Shown piece after piece: positions 54,524 through 64,000 of a DNA stretch of 64,000 nt. The translations under genes and the position numbers were made by a program. Source of the DNA: an uncultured delta proteobacterium (lineage in GTDB: Bacteria; Desulfobacterota; RBG-13-43-22); assembly GCA_963711835.1 (NCBI GenBank), contig CAVQFQ010000004.1, positions 1 to 64,000 on the forward strand. The letters run 5' to 3'. Each line of letters begins with the position of its first letter. Position 1 is the stretch's first letter. The notes beneath the pieces were generated by a model that was not told the origin of the DNA, made no database searches, and saw nothing but the letters and a program-made list of their open reading frames with translations.

Positions 54524-54695
54524 CGGCGCCCAGGCCTTCCGAAGCGCTTCCTTGCCCTCGACCTTTCCACCGGTCCAGTTTTCAAACAGGACCTCATCAT
54601 GAAAAAATTTCATCACGCCTTCGAGATCATGGTTGTCCCAGGCAAGATTCCATTCTTTCATGGCCTTCATGATCTCTTCTCGGGAAAGCGACCTA
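54524..54695 (-). pseudogene. SnoaL/NTF2-like gene remnant
   Basis: W..AWDNHDLEGVM..FHDEVLFENWTGG...GKEALR; cut off at the hydrolase stop. Confidence 0.65.
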
Positions 54696-55038
54696 TAGGA
54701 CTCCTTAAATTTTTCTAACGTGCGGACTTCAAAAAGAAAGTCCTCCAAGTTTCCTCGAAAATTGCCATTCCACCCCAAATTTATCAATGTCACCTACTGA
54801 TGTTGGTCCAGTAACTCTTTGGAAACAAAAGATTACTGTTTGAAGGTGATTAAATAAGGTGAAGAAAGAATTGCCGAAATGGACTGCCAAAGGTTTACTG
54901 GCAGAACTTTTTGTTCAAGAGGATCTTTTTCCTGGAATTCCAATCATATTATCCCACATCGAATTAATCTGTGGCTTTGCCCTAACTTTGATTTTTGATT
55001 ATCCCTTGAAGGTCCAATAATGAACCCTTTAACCGTGC

Positions 55039-55659
55039 CTAAACTATTAGAGATCCGGCCAGCCAGGCAATGCGGGCCGACTCTTCCATCAGCTCGGCTG
55101 TGTATTGGGCCTGCTGGAGGGTGGGCCCCATGGCCATCAGCCCGTGACCGGCCAGAAGCAGTCCGACGACTTCGGTGTCTAAGGCCGCCTCCCGGACAGC
55201 CTGAGCCAGCTCGCCGGACCCTTCCGGGTATTCGGGGATCAGGGGGATCTGTTTCAAGATACGCCGGGCATGCAGCGTAGGCAGAGGCAAGGGTTGGTTT
55301 TTTACGGCATAAGCCGTGGCAAAGGGAGGATGATAGTGGACGATGCCGCCTACATCCGGGCGAACGTGATAGATCGAAAGGTGGGTCATAACCTCCTTGG
55401 TGGGTTTTGTTTTACCTTCAATGGGCAGCCCCTCACCATTGACCAAAATAAGGTTCGCGCGGCGGCACTCGCTGAGGCCAATGCCGGTGGGTTTGGTTAA
55501 AAAAAGGTTCGGGCCGAGGCGCAGACTGATATTGCCTCCACTGCCGGCCTGCAGACCCAGTTGAAAGGCACGCCGGGCCGCCCAGCGAAAGGTTTTTATT
55601 GCTGAAAAAAGCTTCTCGTCCTTTCCAACAGTCGAATTAATTCCCTCATCCGTCCACAT
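55039..55659 (-). CDS. Class II aldolase/adducin family protein
   Basis: GGNIS, PT.E..H, VHYHP, L.GHG. Confidence 0.88.
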   Translation of the reverse strand: MWTDEGINSTVGKDEKLFSAIKTFRWAARRAFQLGLQAGSGGNISLRLGPNLFLTKPTGIGLSECRRANLILVNGEGLPIEGKTKPTKEVMTHLSIYHVRPDVGGIVHYHPPFATAYAVKNQPLPLPTLHARRILKQIPLIPEYPEGSGELAQAVREAALDTEVVGLLLAGHGLMAMGPTLQQAQYTAELMEESARIAWLAGSLIV

Positions 55660-55735
55660 CGCCGGCCCTGACCCTTCCGTTTCAATAATCTGCTCTCGGA
55701 ACTTGATGGAATATCTTATAACAGGTTTAAAAAAA

Positions 55736-56067
55736 GGGGTAGTCCCAAAATTACGTGATTCTCAAACCGAAGGGGTTGCCTCTTAAAATATTAAATCACC
55801 CCAAAGGGCTTCAGGGGTCTTGATTTCAAGGATTGTCCGCCAAAACGCCGGCAGCCTGAACCCGGGCAGGAAGTTTATAATGGGATTTAGAAACAGGCCA
55901 ACACCAAAGCGATTTATCGTTTTAGGTGAATGCCCGGCTCCCAACCAACTTAGAAATTCGGGCCGGGTTGGGGCTATGGATAACCTTTCGGACAACCTTG
56001 AAATTAAGACCCCCGAAGCCCTCGACGCATGGAGTGCTTAAAAATCACGTAACTTTGGGACTACCCC
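55736..56067. mobile_element. MITE, long copy of the 25830-25950 family
   Basis: TIR GGGGTAGTCCCAAAATTACGTGATT / AATCACGTAACTTTGGGACTACCCC; flanks TAAAAAAA / TAAAAATA. Confidence 0.8.
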
Positions 56068-56266
56068 TAAAAATAAAGTCCTGCCGGGTCTTTTTTGGAA
56101 TATTTCACGTTTCTTGTTTCATGAAAAATATCTTGACTGATGTCCGGCCGGGATGCTATAAGGGTTTTCAGGTAAATTAAGGATGGTGGTTGAAACCAGG
56201 CCCTGCCGGTATTCGACCAAAAGGAACGGGCCTAACCCAGGAAACTGAGAATCCTTAGGATAAGTT

Positions 56267-56932
56267 TTGGCGACCCGATCGACTAAAATAACCCCGCTGG
56301 TCCGCACCAATCTGAACAACCAGATCTACCAGATCCTCAAGGAGATGATCGCCGACCAGCGCTTCAACCCCGGCGGTTCCATCAACGTCGAGCAGTTGAC
56401 TCATGAACTGGATGTGAGCCGCACCCCGGTCTGGGAAGCCATTCGACGGTTGGAGCAGGAAGGGATTGTCATCCATGCCCCCCACAAAGGCGTGCGGGTC
56501 CGCGAACTGACCCGAGAAATGGCCCGGGAACTGTATATCGTCCGGGAGGCCCTGGAGGCAACCGCCGCCCGGATGGGGGCCGGCCGGGCAACCCCTCAGA
56601 TTATAACCCGGATGGAAAAATGTTTAGACAAACAGACCCAGATTGTCAAACAGGAAGACTCCGTCGCCTACTCCCGTTCCGATTATGAATTCCATCTCCT
56701 GATTTATGAGGCCAGCGGAAACAGCCTGCTGAAAGAGATTCTGGAGGGCTTGCGCTACAAAGCCCTTCCGCTGGCCTTTCGGATATCCCAACAACTGGGG
56801 GAATTCCTGGCTTATCATCGGGAGATCCTGGAATCCTTTCGACAAAAGGATGGGCCGGGCGCCGAAAAAGCCATTCGGCGCCATAACCAGCGTATGATTG
56901 ATCTTATAGAAACAAGCGTCTGGGGCGAATAG
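56267..56932 (+). CDS. GntR/FadR-family regulator
   Basis: VSRTPVWEA HTH, FCD domain FH..I..ASGN. Confidence 0.92.
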   Translation: MATRSTKITPLVRTNLNNQIYQILKEMIADQRFNPGGSINVEQLTHELDVSRTPVWEAIRRLEQEGIVIHAPHKGVRVRELTREMARELYIVREALEATAARMGAGRATPQIITRMEKCLDKQTQIVKQEDSVAYSRSDYEFHLLIYEASGNSLLKEILEGLRYKALPLAFRISQQLGEFLAYHREILESFRQKDGPGAEKAIRRHNQRMIDLIETSVWGE

Positions 56933-56946
56933 GTTCTTGAATCTTT

Positions 56947-57066
56947 AAATTCGAAATTCGAAGCACGAAATCCGAAACAAGCATGAATGTCCAAAATCCA
57001 AATGCGAATTTTGAGATTTGAGCCTTTGATTTTGTATCGGATTTCGGATTTCGGATTTCGAGTTTA
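56947..57066. repeat. Inverted array of 7-nt repeats
   Basis: AAATTCG/AAATCCG units facing CGGATTT units. Confidence 0.7.
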
Positions 57067-57119
57067 AAATAAAAAATCAAACATCTTTTTGGCTCATTTA
57101 TACTTTAAGGTATTACGTT

Positions 57120-58395
57120 ATGTCTCAATTGGCCTTCTATGGCGGTACTCCGATCCGAACCCGGCCGTTTCCCCCCTGGCCCCAGGGCGGAGCGGAAGAA
57201 CTGGCCTATCTGCAGCAGGTCATCCAGGGGACCCGCTGGTTCGCCGGTCCCCGGGGAGACGATCCCGAAGCCCTGGGAACCCTTTTCGGTCAACGTTTTG
57301 CCGGCCTGCACGGCGCCCGGTTCGGCCTGCCGGTGGCCAACGGCAGTGTGGCCATTGAGGTTGCGCTTCGGGCCCTGGGGATCGGGGCGGGGGATGAGGT
57401 GATCGTCCCCTCCTATACGTTCGTGTCTACGGCCACCTCGGTGCTCATGGTCGGGGCTTTGCCGGTTTTTGCCGATATTGACCCGGAAAATTATTGTCTG
57501 GACCCCGGGGATGCCGCCGGCCGCATCGGACCGCATACCCGGGCCATCCTGCCGGTTCACCTGGGCGGTCAGATGGCGGAGATGGAAGGCTTGGTTGATC
57601 TGGCTCGCAGGCACAATCTGTCTTTGGTTGAGGATTGCGCCCAAGCCATTGACGCCTCCTGGCTCGGGAAAAAGGCCGGGACCTGGGGGGACCTGGGAAC
57701 CTTCAGCTTTCAGTCCAACAAGACGATTACAGCCGGAGAGGGCGGCCTGGTAATGACGAATGACCCGGAACTGGCCGAGAAGGCCGTTGCCCTGAGGGCC
57801 TTCGGCCGGCATCTTCCCCATGGGCCTCTCTCCGGGCGGTCCTCCGCCTTCACCTCCCACATTCTGTCCAGCAATTATCGGCTCTCCGAGTTACAGGCCG
57901 CCGTCCTGCTGGCCCAGTTGGAAAAATTTCCCGGACAAGATCACAGGCGCCAGGCCAATGCCGAACTCCTCACCCGCGGCCTGACGGGTCTACCCGGTAT
58001 CAGGCCGGTCAGAAGCGATGCACCGGACTCGAAGCACGGCTATCTACTATTATCTGATCAACTACGACCCGGAGGCCTTTGGGAATATAGAACCGGACCG
58101 TTTGGCGACCTTATTAAACGCCGAAGGGATCCCCTTCCATCCGGGTGACCGGGAACCGATCTACCGGCATCCGGTATTTAAACCCGAGAATCTGGCCGGG
58201 TCCCTAGGCCCGGAAGTTTTTAACCGCTATCAAGAAACCATCGATTGGCCCGAATTACGTTTGCCGGCGGCCGAGGCCGCTTGTCATTCCACCCTCATTT
58301 TAAGGCATAATGTCCTTTTGGCCGAACCGGGGGACATGGCCGAGGTGGCCGAAGCACTCTGGAAAGTACAAAAAAACATCGAGGAGGCGAAGTAG
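57120..58395 (+). CDS. DegT/DnrJ/EryC1/StrS aminotransferase, +1 frameshift near 58042
   Basis: NGS.A, GDEVIVP, EDCAQA, SFQSNK..AGEGG; C-terminus in ORF 58018-58395. Confidence 0.88.
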
Positions 58396-58402
58396 TCGAA
58401 CG

Positions 58403-59674
58403 ATGAACATAGTCAAAGAATTAAAAAGCGCCAGGCCTTTCCAGCCGGAGGACATCAAGCTCCTGCGCCAGCGGGTGGAGGGGATCCTGGAGCGGGTCCA
58501 CCGCGAAGGAGACGCCGCTCTTAAGGACTACTCCCGGACCTTTGACGGGTACGATGGGCCGCTGCGTATCGGGGAAAAGGAAATTGAACAGGCCCGCCGG
58601 GAACTCCCGGACGACATCATCCAGGGCCTGGATTTTGCCATCGAGCGGGTTACGGCCTTTGCCCGCGCTCAACGGGCCTGCTTCAAGGAGTTCGAGCAGG
58701 AAATGATCCCCGGCGTTTTTATGGGCCATCGCCTGGTTCCGGTGGAATCGTGTGCTGCCTATGTGCCGGCCGGCAGGTACCCCTGCCTGACTTCGGCGGT
58801 CATGTCGCTGGTGCCGGCTAAGGTGGCCGGGGTGAAAAGGGTGGTGGCCTGTTCTTCTCCAGGCCGGGAGAAACGCATCAATCCGGCCATTCTCTATACC
58901 ATGGCCTCGATCGGGGCCGATGAGATTTATTGCCTGGGCGGTGCCCAGGCCATTGCCGCCATGGCCTACGGCACGGAAACCATACGGCCGGTGGACCTGA
59001 TCGTGGGTCCCGGGAACCAGTATGTGATGGAGGCCAAGCGGCAGGTCTTCGGCACCGTGGGTATTGACTTTCTGGCCGGCCCCAGTGAATGCCTGGTCAT
59101 CGCCGACGAGACCGCCCGTGCGGATTATATCGCCGCCGACATACTGGCCCAGTGCGAGCATGATCCCCAGGCCCGGGGCGCCGTGGTCACCACTTCGGAG
59201 AAGCTTGGCCAGGCGGTCCTGGTGGAGATGGAAAGGCAGTTAAAGGATCTGACCACCGAAGAAGTCGCCCGCCGTTCCTGGGAAGACCATGGGATCGTCG
59301 TCGTAGCCCCTTCCCTGGAAGAAGCGGCCGCCTATGCCAACGAATATGCCCCGGAACACCTGGAAGTCCATACCCGGGACCCCAAAGCCATCCTGCCGCT
59401 CTTGACTTCCTATGGATCGCTATTCCTGGGAGAGGCCGCGGCCGAGGTCTTTGCCGACAAGGTGGCTGGAACGAACCATATCCTGCCCACCCTCAGGGGG
59501 GCCCGTTATACCGGGGGCCTTTGGGTGGGAAATTTCCTGAAGGTCATTACTCATCAATGGGTGGACGAGAAAGGGATGAAAACCCTGGCCCCGTTCTCGG
59601 TGCGCCAGGCGGAATTTGAGACCATGGACGCCCATCGCCGGGCGGCCCTGATCCGGATGACCGGGAAACTATAA
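58403..59674 (+). CDS. Histidinol dehydrogenase family paralog (HisD/HpsN-like)
   Basis: YVPAGR, GGAQA, GPGN, AGPSE, EHD, PEHL, GTNH.LPT; no other his genes nearby. Confidence 0.85.
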   Translation: MNIVKELKSARPFQPEDIKLLRQRVEGILERVHREGDAALKDYSRTFDGYDGPLRIGEKEIEQARRELPDDIIQGLDFAIERVTAFARAQRACFKEFEQEMIPGVFMGHRLVPVESCAAYVPAGRYPCLTSAVMSLVPAKVAGVKRVVACSSPGREKRINPAILYTMASIGADEIYCLGGAQAIAAMAYGTETIRPVDLIVGPGNQYVMEAKRQVFGTVGIDFLAGPSECLVIADETARADYIAADILAQCEHDPQARGAVVTTSEKLGQAVLVEMERQLKDLTTEEVARRSWEDHGIVVVAPSLEEAAAYANEYAPEHLEVHTRDPKAILPLLTSYGSLFLGEAAAEVFADKVAGTNHILPTLRGARYTGGLWVGNFLKVITHQWVDEKGMKTLAPFSVRQAEFETMDAHRRAALIRMTGKL

Positions 59675-59762
59675 AACCGGATTGAGGAGAGACCTATTTC
59701 GATTTTTTACGAATTCAACAGAACTAATCAACCCTATTTCAAATAAAAGGAAGGAGCAGCAC

Positions 59763-60710
59763 ATGTCAGCAAGGATCATTGAAAAGACTCAGATTCATAC
59801 CAAATCAACCCCCACGAAAGCTAAGGCCCCGGCCTTGAAAAAGAAAAATCCCCAAAAGGAAAAAGTGTATAATTTTTATCATTGCGGCTATCTGGAAGTC
59901 CGGGAATGGCTGAAGGAAACCGATATCATTCTGGTTCCGATCGGTAGTTGCGAACAGCATGGACGGCACCTGCCGGTCTGTACCGACGGTGTCGCCACCG
60001 AGATCCCGGTGCAGCGGGCGGCCCGACTGGCCAATGTCCCCCACACCCCGTTGATCTGGTTCGGTTATTCCCCCCAGCACCTGCACAGCGCCGGGACCGG
60101 TTCGGGGACCATTACCCTGCGGGCCGAAATTTATCAGAATCTCCTCTACGATGTGGCCCGCTGCCTCATTCACAATGGGTTCAACAAGATCGTCTTCGCC
60201 ACCGGGCATACCTCGAACATGAAAGTGGTGGACCCGGCCCTGCGGGCCATCCGCTATGAGACCGGGGCCTTTGTCTGCGTCTTCCGCAATGACGCCGAAG
60301 CCGCTCCGGCCATGGTGCCCGATATTATCGAGAACCCTCCGGAAGAAACGCCGGGCTGGCACGGCAGTGAAATCGAAACCTCCGAAGTACTGGCCTTTAA
60401 TGAAAACCTGGTCCATCTGGAGAGGACGGGCAAAGACTTCACCCATGCGCCCAAGTGGCTGGGGAAAAAGTTCAACAAGGTCAATGGAAGCCCTTATGTT
60501 ATTTATAACGGCATCAATGTGGCCTGGGTCCCCATGGACCATCAGGAGTACAGCGACACGGGCCTTATCGGCAATCCCTTCCGGGCTTCGGCCGCCAAGG
60601 GGGACCTGATATTTCAACGCAAGGCCGAAATTCTGGCCGCCTTTTTGGAGGAACTGAAAAAGGTCAAGGTGACGGTTAAAAATCGCTCCTATGATCGCCG
60701 GACCTTTTAA
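59763..60710 (+). CDS. Creatininase family amidohydrolase
   Basis: P.GS.EQHG.HLP..TD, GH..N, H...ETS. Confidence 0.88.
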   Translation: MSARIIEKTQIHTKSTPTKAKAPALKKKNPQKEKVYNFYHCGYLEVREWLKETDIILVPIGSCEQHGRHLPVCTDGVATEIPVQRAARLANVPHTPLIWFGYSPQHLHSAGTGSGTITLRAEIYQNLLYDVARCLIHNGFNKIVFATGHTSNMKVVDPALRAIRYETGAFVCVFRNDAEAAPAMVPDIIENPPEETPGWHGSEIETSEVLAFNENLVHLERTGKDFTHAPKWLGKKFNKVNGSPYVIYNGINVAWVPMDHQEYSDTGLIGNPFRASAAKGDLIFQRKAEILAAFLEELKKVKVTVKNRSYDRRTF

Positions 60711-60751
60711 TTAAAAGGGTTCAAGGGGTCGAGGATTCAAGGGTTCAGCCA

Positions 60752-62023
60752 ATGCGTGATAAAACCATCGCCGTTATCGCCACCCTGGATACCAAGGGGC
60801 CGGAGGTCGCTTACCTCAAATCCCGGATTGAACGGCAAGGGTTCAAGACCCTGATCCTGAACACCGCCATACTGGAATGCCGGGATGAAGCAGCTCCGGA
60901 GTGCCAGGTTATGCCGGATGAGATCGCCAGGGAAGGCGGGGTTGACCTCCAGGAACTCCGGCTCCTCTGCGCGGAAAAAGGCATGCGCAGTCAGGGTATC
61001 CGGGCCATGGCCGAAGGGGCGGCGAAAATTCTGAAGAAGCTCTATGAGGAAGGCCGATTCCGGGGGGTCATCGGCGTCGGTGGTGCCCAGGGGACGGAGA
61101 TCTGCACCACGGCCATGCGGGCCTTGCCCCTCGGGGTTCCCAAGGTCATGGTCTCCACCGTGGCCTCCGGAAAGACTCCTTTCGGCATCTATGTGGGTAC
61201 TCGGGACCTGACCATCATGCATTCGGTAGTGGATATCCTGGGGATCAATTCCGTGTCCCGGCGGATTTTAGCCAATGCCGCCGGGGCCATAACCGGCATG
61301 TGCTCCATCGACCCCCTGGAAGAAGGGCCTGTCCTGCCCCGAATCGGCATCACCATTTATGGGCAGACCACTCCCGGCGGACTGGCCTTGAAAACAGACC
61401 TTGAGGAAAAGGGTTTTGAGGTGATCGCCTTCCATCCCAACGGCACCGGGGGGCGGGCTATGGAAGAGATGGCCGTGGAACATTTCCTGGACGGGCTCTT
61501 GGATCTCAGCCCACATGAAGTGACCGATGAATTGTTCGGCGGGATTCATGCCGGACCCTCGGAGAGGATCCTGGCAGCGGGCCGGGCCGGAATCCCCAGG
61601 CTCCTGGTCCCGGGCGCTGTGGATGTGATCACCATGGCCGAACCGGAAACGATACCCGAGACCTTTCGAGGACAACCGCGCCTTCCCCATAATCCTCATA
61701 TTACCCTGGTGCGAACCAGCCGGGATCAGATGGTGAAACTGGCTTGGGTAATAGGCGAAAGGCTCAACCAGGCCAGCGGACCGACTGCGGTGGTTATTCC
61801 CCGAGGAGGGTATTCTTTTTACAATCGCCCAGGTCTAATCTTTTACGATCCTGAGGCTGATCAGGCCTTTATTGAGGCCCTTAAAGGAATTCTGAGAAAA
61901 GATATCCCGGTTCGGGAACTGGAGGGGCACATCAACGACCCGGAATTTGTTAAGGAATTAATCCCGATATTTCTGGACCTGATGAAACAGGCGGGTATCC
62001 GGGGGAAAGGGGATTGCGTTTGA
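60752..62023 (+). CDS. Tm-1-like ATP-binding (UPF0261) protein
   Basis: TLDTKG.E, LPLGVPK.MVST, FH.NG.GG.AME, HINDP.F. Confidence 0.88.
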   Translation: MRDKTIAVIATLDTKGPEVAYLKSRIERQGFKTLILNTAILECRDEAAPECQVMPDEIAREGGVDLQELRLLCAEKGMRSQGIRAMAEGAAKILKKLYEEGRFRGVIGVGGAQGTEICTTAMRALPLGVPKVMVSTVASGKTPFGIYVGTRDLTIMHSVVDILGINSVSRRILANAAGAITGMCSIDPLEEGPVLPRIGITIYGQTTPGGLALKTDLEEKGFEVIAFHPNGTGGRAMEEMAVEHFLDGLLDLSPHEVTDELFGGIHAGPSERILAAGRAGIPRLLVPGAVDVITMAEPETIPETFRGQPRLPHNPHITLVRTSRDQMVKLAWVIGERLNQASGPTAVVIPRGGYSFYNRPGLIFYDPEADQAFIEALKGILRKDIPVRELEGHINDPEFVKELIPIFLDLMKQAGIRGKGDCV

Positions 62024-62694
62024 AAACGGCCTTGGGTCCCCATGTTCAAAAAGATCATCGGATCCTTAAGGTTTACCAGGAGGCCCGCAGGCGTTATAAT
62101 CAGGGGCAACGGGCCCATCACAATTTTGACCATGTCCTTCGGGATCTGTACCGGGCCCTGATTATCGCTGAGACGGAGGAGTCGGTCAATTACAGTATCC
62201 TGATTCCCAGTGTCCTTCTGCACGATATCGGTTTTTTTGATCCTGAATTTAAAACACGGGGGCATGATCGGACCGGGGCTGAGATGTGCCGAGGGATCCT
62301 GGCCGGGTTGGGCTTTGAGAAGACGACCATTAAGGCGGTTGCCCATTGTATCTTGGCCCACAAAGGCAGGGCGGCCATTCCTTTGACCCTGGAGGCTAAA
62401 ATACTTTATGACGCCGACGTACTGGAAAAGGCCGGCCTCTATGCCTTCATTTTGGGAGGAAGGCTGATCTGGGAATTTCAGGAGACGCTGGCGGATTACT
62501 TGGACCGTGAGACGAAAGACCGTGAGGGCGAACTCTCCCGGGGTTTTTTTACGGCCAAAGGCAGGGAATTGGATGGAGGAAGGCTGGCCCGCACCGGAGG
62601 CTTATTGGCCGAACTCCGGACCGAGGTGCAGGGAGAGAGAAGGGATTTCCAAATCCGGGAAGAGGACCTCTGGAACGGTCCACCACCGGCCTAA
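62014..62694 (+). CDS. HD-domain phosphohydrolase
   Basis: H...H, LLHDIG, H, LEAKILYDAD. Confidence 0.85.
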   Translation: MRLKTALGPHVQKDHRILKVYQEARRRYNQGQRAHHNFDHVLRDLYRALIIAETEESVNYSILIPSVLLHDIGFFDPEFKTRGHDRTGAEMCRGILAGLGFEKTTIKAVAHCILAHKGRAAIPLTLEAKILYDADVLEKAGLYAFILGGRLIWEFQETLADYLDRETKDREGELSRGFFTAKGRELDGGRLARTGGLLAELRTEVQGERRDFQIREEDLWNGPPPA

Positions 62695-62841
62695 GTAAAC
62701 CTCGAAGTTGCATAAAAATTGATCGATAAAGGGTTTTTTCTAAATTAAAACGGTGTGTTCTAACGATTTTAGAGTTGAGACCAAAATTCACTCCAGGTGA
62801 GGTTTAGTATCCTAAAAAAGTATCGATCAATTTTTACCCTT

Positions 62842-62955
62842 CGGGAAAGTCTGGGAAGCCGCATCTCCTTTGTTGTCCAGGGCTCGCGGTATGCATATAC
62901 AGCTTCGCCCTGGACGCCTCGGATCTGCAACTTCCGAAACTTTTAGCAACATCGA
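62842..62955. repeat. Palindromic intergenic repeat, copy of 31438-31555
   Basis: GTCCAGGGC/GCCCTGGAC core stem with nested outer stems. Confidence 0.8.
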
Positions 62956-62979
62956 GGTAAAGGGAGACTCAAGGGAGAA

Positions 62980-63891
62980 ATGAAATCCAGGAATCAGAAC
63001 AAGGCCTTCCAATCCATCGATGAGGTCCATGAGGCTCTCCAAAAGGAACAATACATCTGCGATCGACGTTTGGCCACTATCGTCTACCTGGCCCTGAATA
63101 TGAGCAAACCCCTGCTCCTGGAAGGGGAGGCGGGGGTTGGCAAGACCGAAGTGGCCAAGGTCTTGGCCCCGGCCCTGGGCCGGCGCCTGATCCGCCTGCA
63201 GTGCTATGAAGGTCTGGACGCCAGCACGGCCATCTACGACTGGAACTATACCAAACAGATCCTCAGCATCAAAATGGCCGAGGCCCAAAAACATCCCCTG
63301 GAGGGACTGAAGAATATCTTCAGCGAGGAATACCTGATCCAGCGCCCTTTACTGGAGGCCATCCGCAGTGAAATGAAGGGCCGGCCGGCGGTCCTGCTGA
63401 TTGATGAGTTGGACCGGGCCGATGAGGAGTTTGAGGCCTTCCTGCTGGAGGTGCTTTCCGATTTTCAGATCACCATTCCGGAGATCGGAACCCTGACGGC
63501 TCATTCGAAACCCATGGTGGTGATTACCTCCAACCGCACCCGGGAACTTCATGATGCCATTAAAAGACGCTGCCTTTATCACTGGATCCCCTATCCCAGT
63601 CTGGAAAAGGAATACCAGATCGTCATGACCAAGCTGCCGGAAATCGGGAAAGAACTGGGTTTGCAGCTCTGCTCCCTGATGCAGGAGATCCGCCAATTGG
63701 ATTTCTTTAAGCAACCCGGTATCGCCGAGACCTTGGATTGGGTCCAGTCCCTGATCCTTCTCAACCGGGATCACCTGGATGAACAGACCCTGGAAGAAAC
63801 CCTGGGCTGCCTGTTCAAGGTCCAGGAAGATTTGGAAAAAGTGGAAGCGGAAAAATTGGTCGCCCTCTGGGCCGGCCGGCAATCTTCATAA
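62980..63891 (+). CDS. MoxR-family AAA+ ATPase (CoxD-like)
   Basis: LLEGEAGVGKT, RLQCYEG, LIDELDRAD, TSNRTR. Confidence 0.92.
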   Translation: MKSRNQNKAFQSIDEVHEALQKEQYICDRRLATIVYLALNMSKPLLLEGEAGVGKTEVAKVLAPALGRRLIRLQCYEGLDASTAIYDWNYTKQILSIKMAEAQKHPLEGLKNIFSEEYLIQRPLLEAIRSEMKGRPAVLLIDELDRADEEFEAFLLEVLSDFQITIPEIGTLTAHSKPMVVITSNRTRELHDAIKRRCLYHWIPYPSLEKEYQIVMTKLPEIGKELGLQLCSLMQEIRQLDFFKQPGIAETLDWVQSLILLNRDHLDEQTLEETLGCLFKVQEDLEKVEAEKLVALWAGRQSS

Positions 63892-63907
63892 CCTGAAAGG
63901 CTGGGAT

Positions 63908-64000
63908 ATGTTTTCAGCAAAGTCTCTGGATGAAATCAGGACCTTCATGGAAGAGAAACTGGGGGTTCCGGGACGCGACCCCTGGTCCCTTCCCACCTCC
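63908..64000 (+). CDS. Partial CDS running off the window
   Basis: MFSAKSLDEIRTFMEEKLGVPGRDPWSLPTS open to the edge. Confidence 0.5.
   Translation, partial: MFSAKSLDEIRTFMEEKLGVPGRDPWSLPTS

Noticed and set aside
58403-59674. Calling this gene biosynthetic hisD
   Set aside because: Context is a non-histidine enzyme cluster; only the family is supported

Overview
The window looks like a composite. Bases 1 to ~12,606 are GC-rich and carry plsC, lysA, a URO-D-fold protein, vapBC, an IS91-type remnant, a TctABC transporter flanked by ornithine-cyclodeaminase and MmgE/PrpD genes, and ~580 nt of non-coding, heavily base-paired sequence. From ~12,607 the sequence switches abruptly, inside a transposase, to lower-GC DNA that resembles Deltaproteobacteria/Desulfobacterota (my impression, not a classification). 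That part has redox genes (msrAB, DsrE, two NosL), pxpABC, a Liv-type ABC operon, two orphan catabolic clusters, a cNMP-phosphofructokinase fusion and a peptidase S51-CysRS C-terminal fusion. About seven genes carry single-base frameshifts or a poly-A run, which suggests long-read or consensus errors. Best leads: (1) an unidentified large structured RNA candidate at 12027-12607; (2) an ORF-less group II intron inserted exactly into a dispersed ~165-bp imperfect palindrome family that also hosts other mobile elements; (3) a repeated element carrying an intact sigma70 promoter; (4) the two domain fusions and the orphan enzyme clusters. No rRNA, intact tRNA or CRISPR array was seen. All family assignments come from motif recognition by eye; no searches were run.
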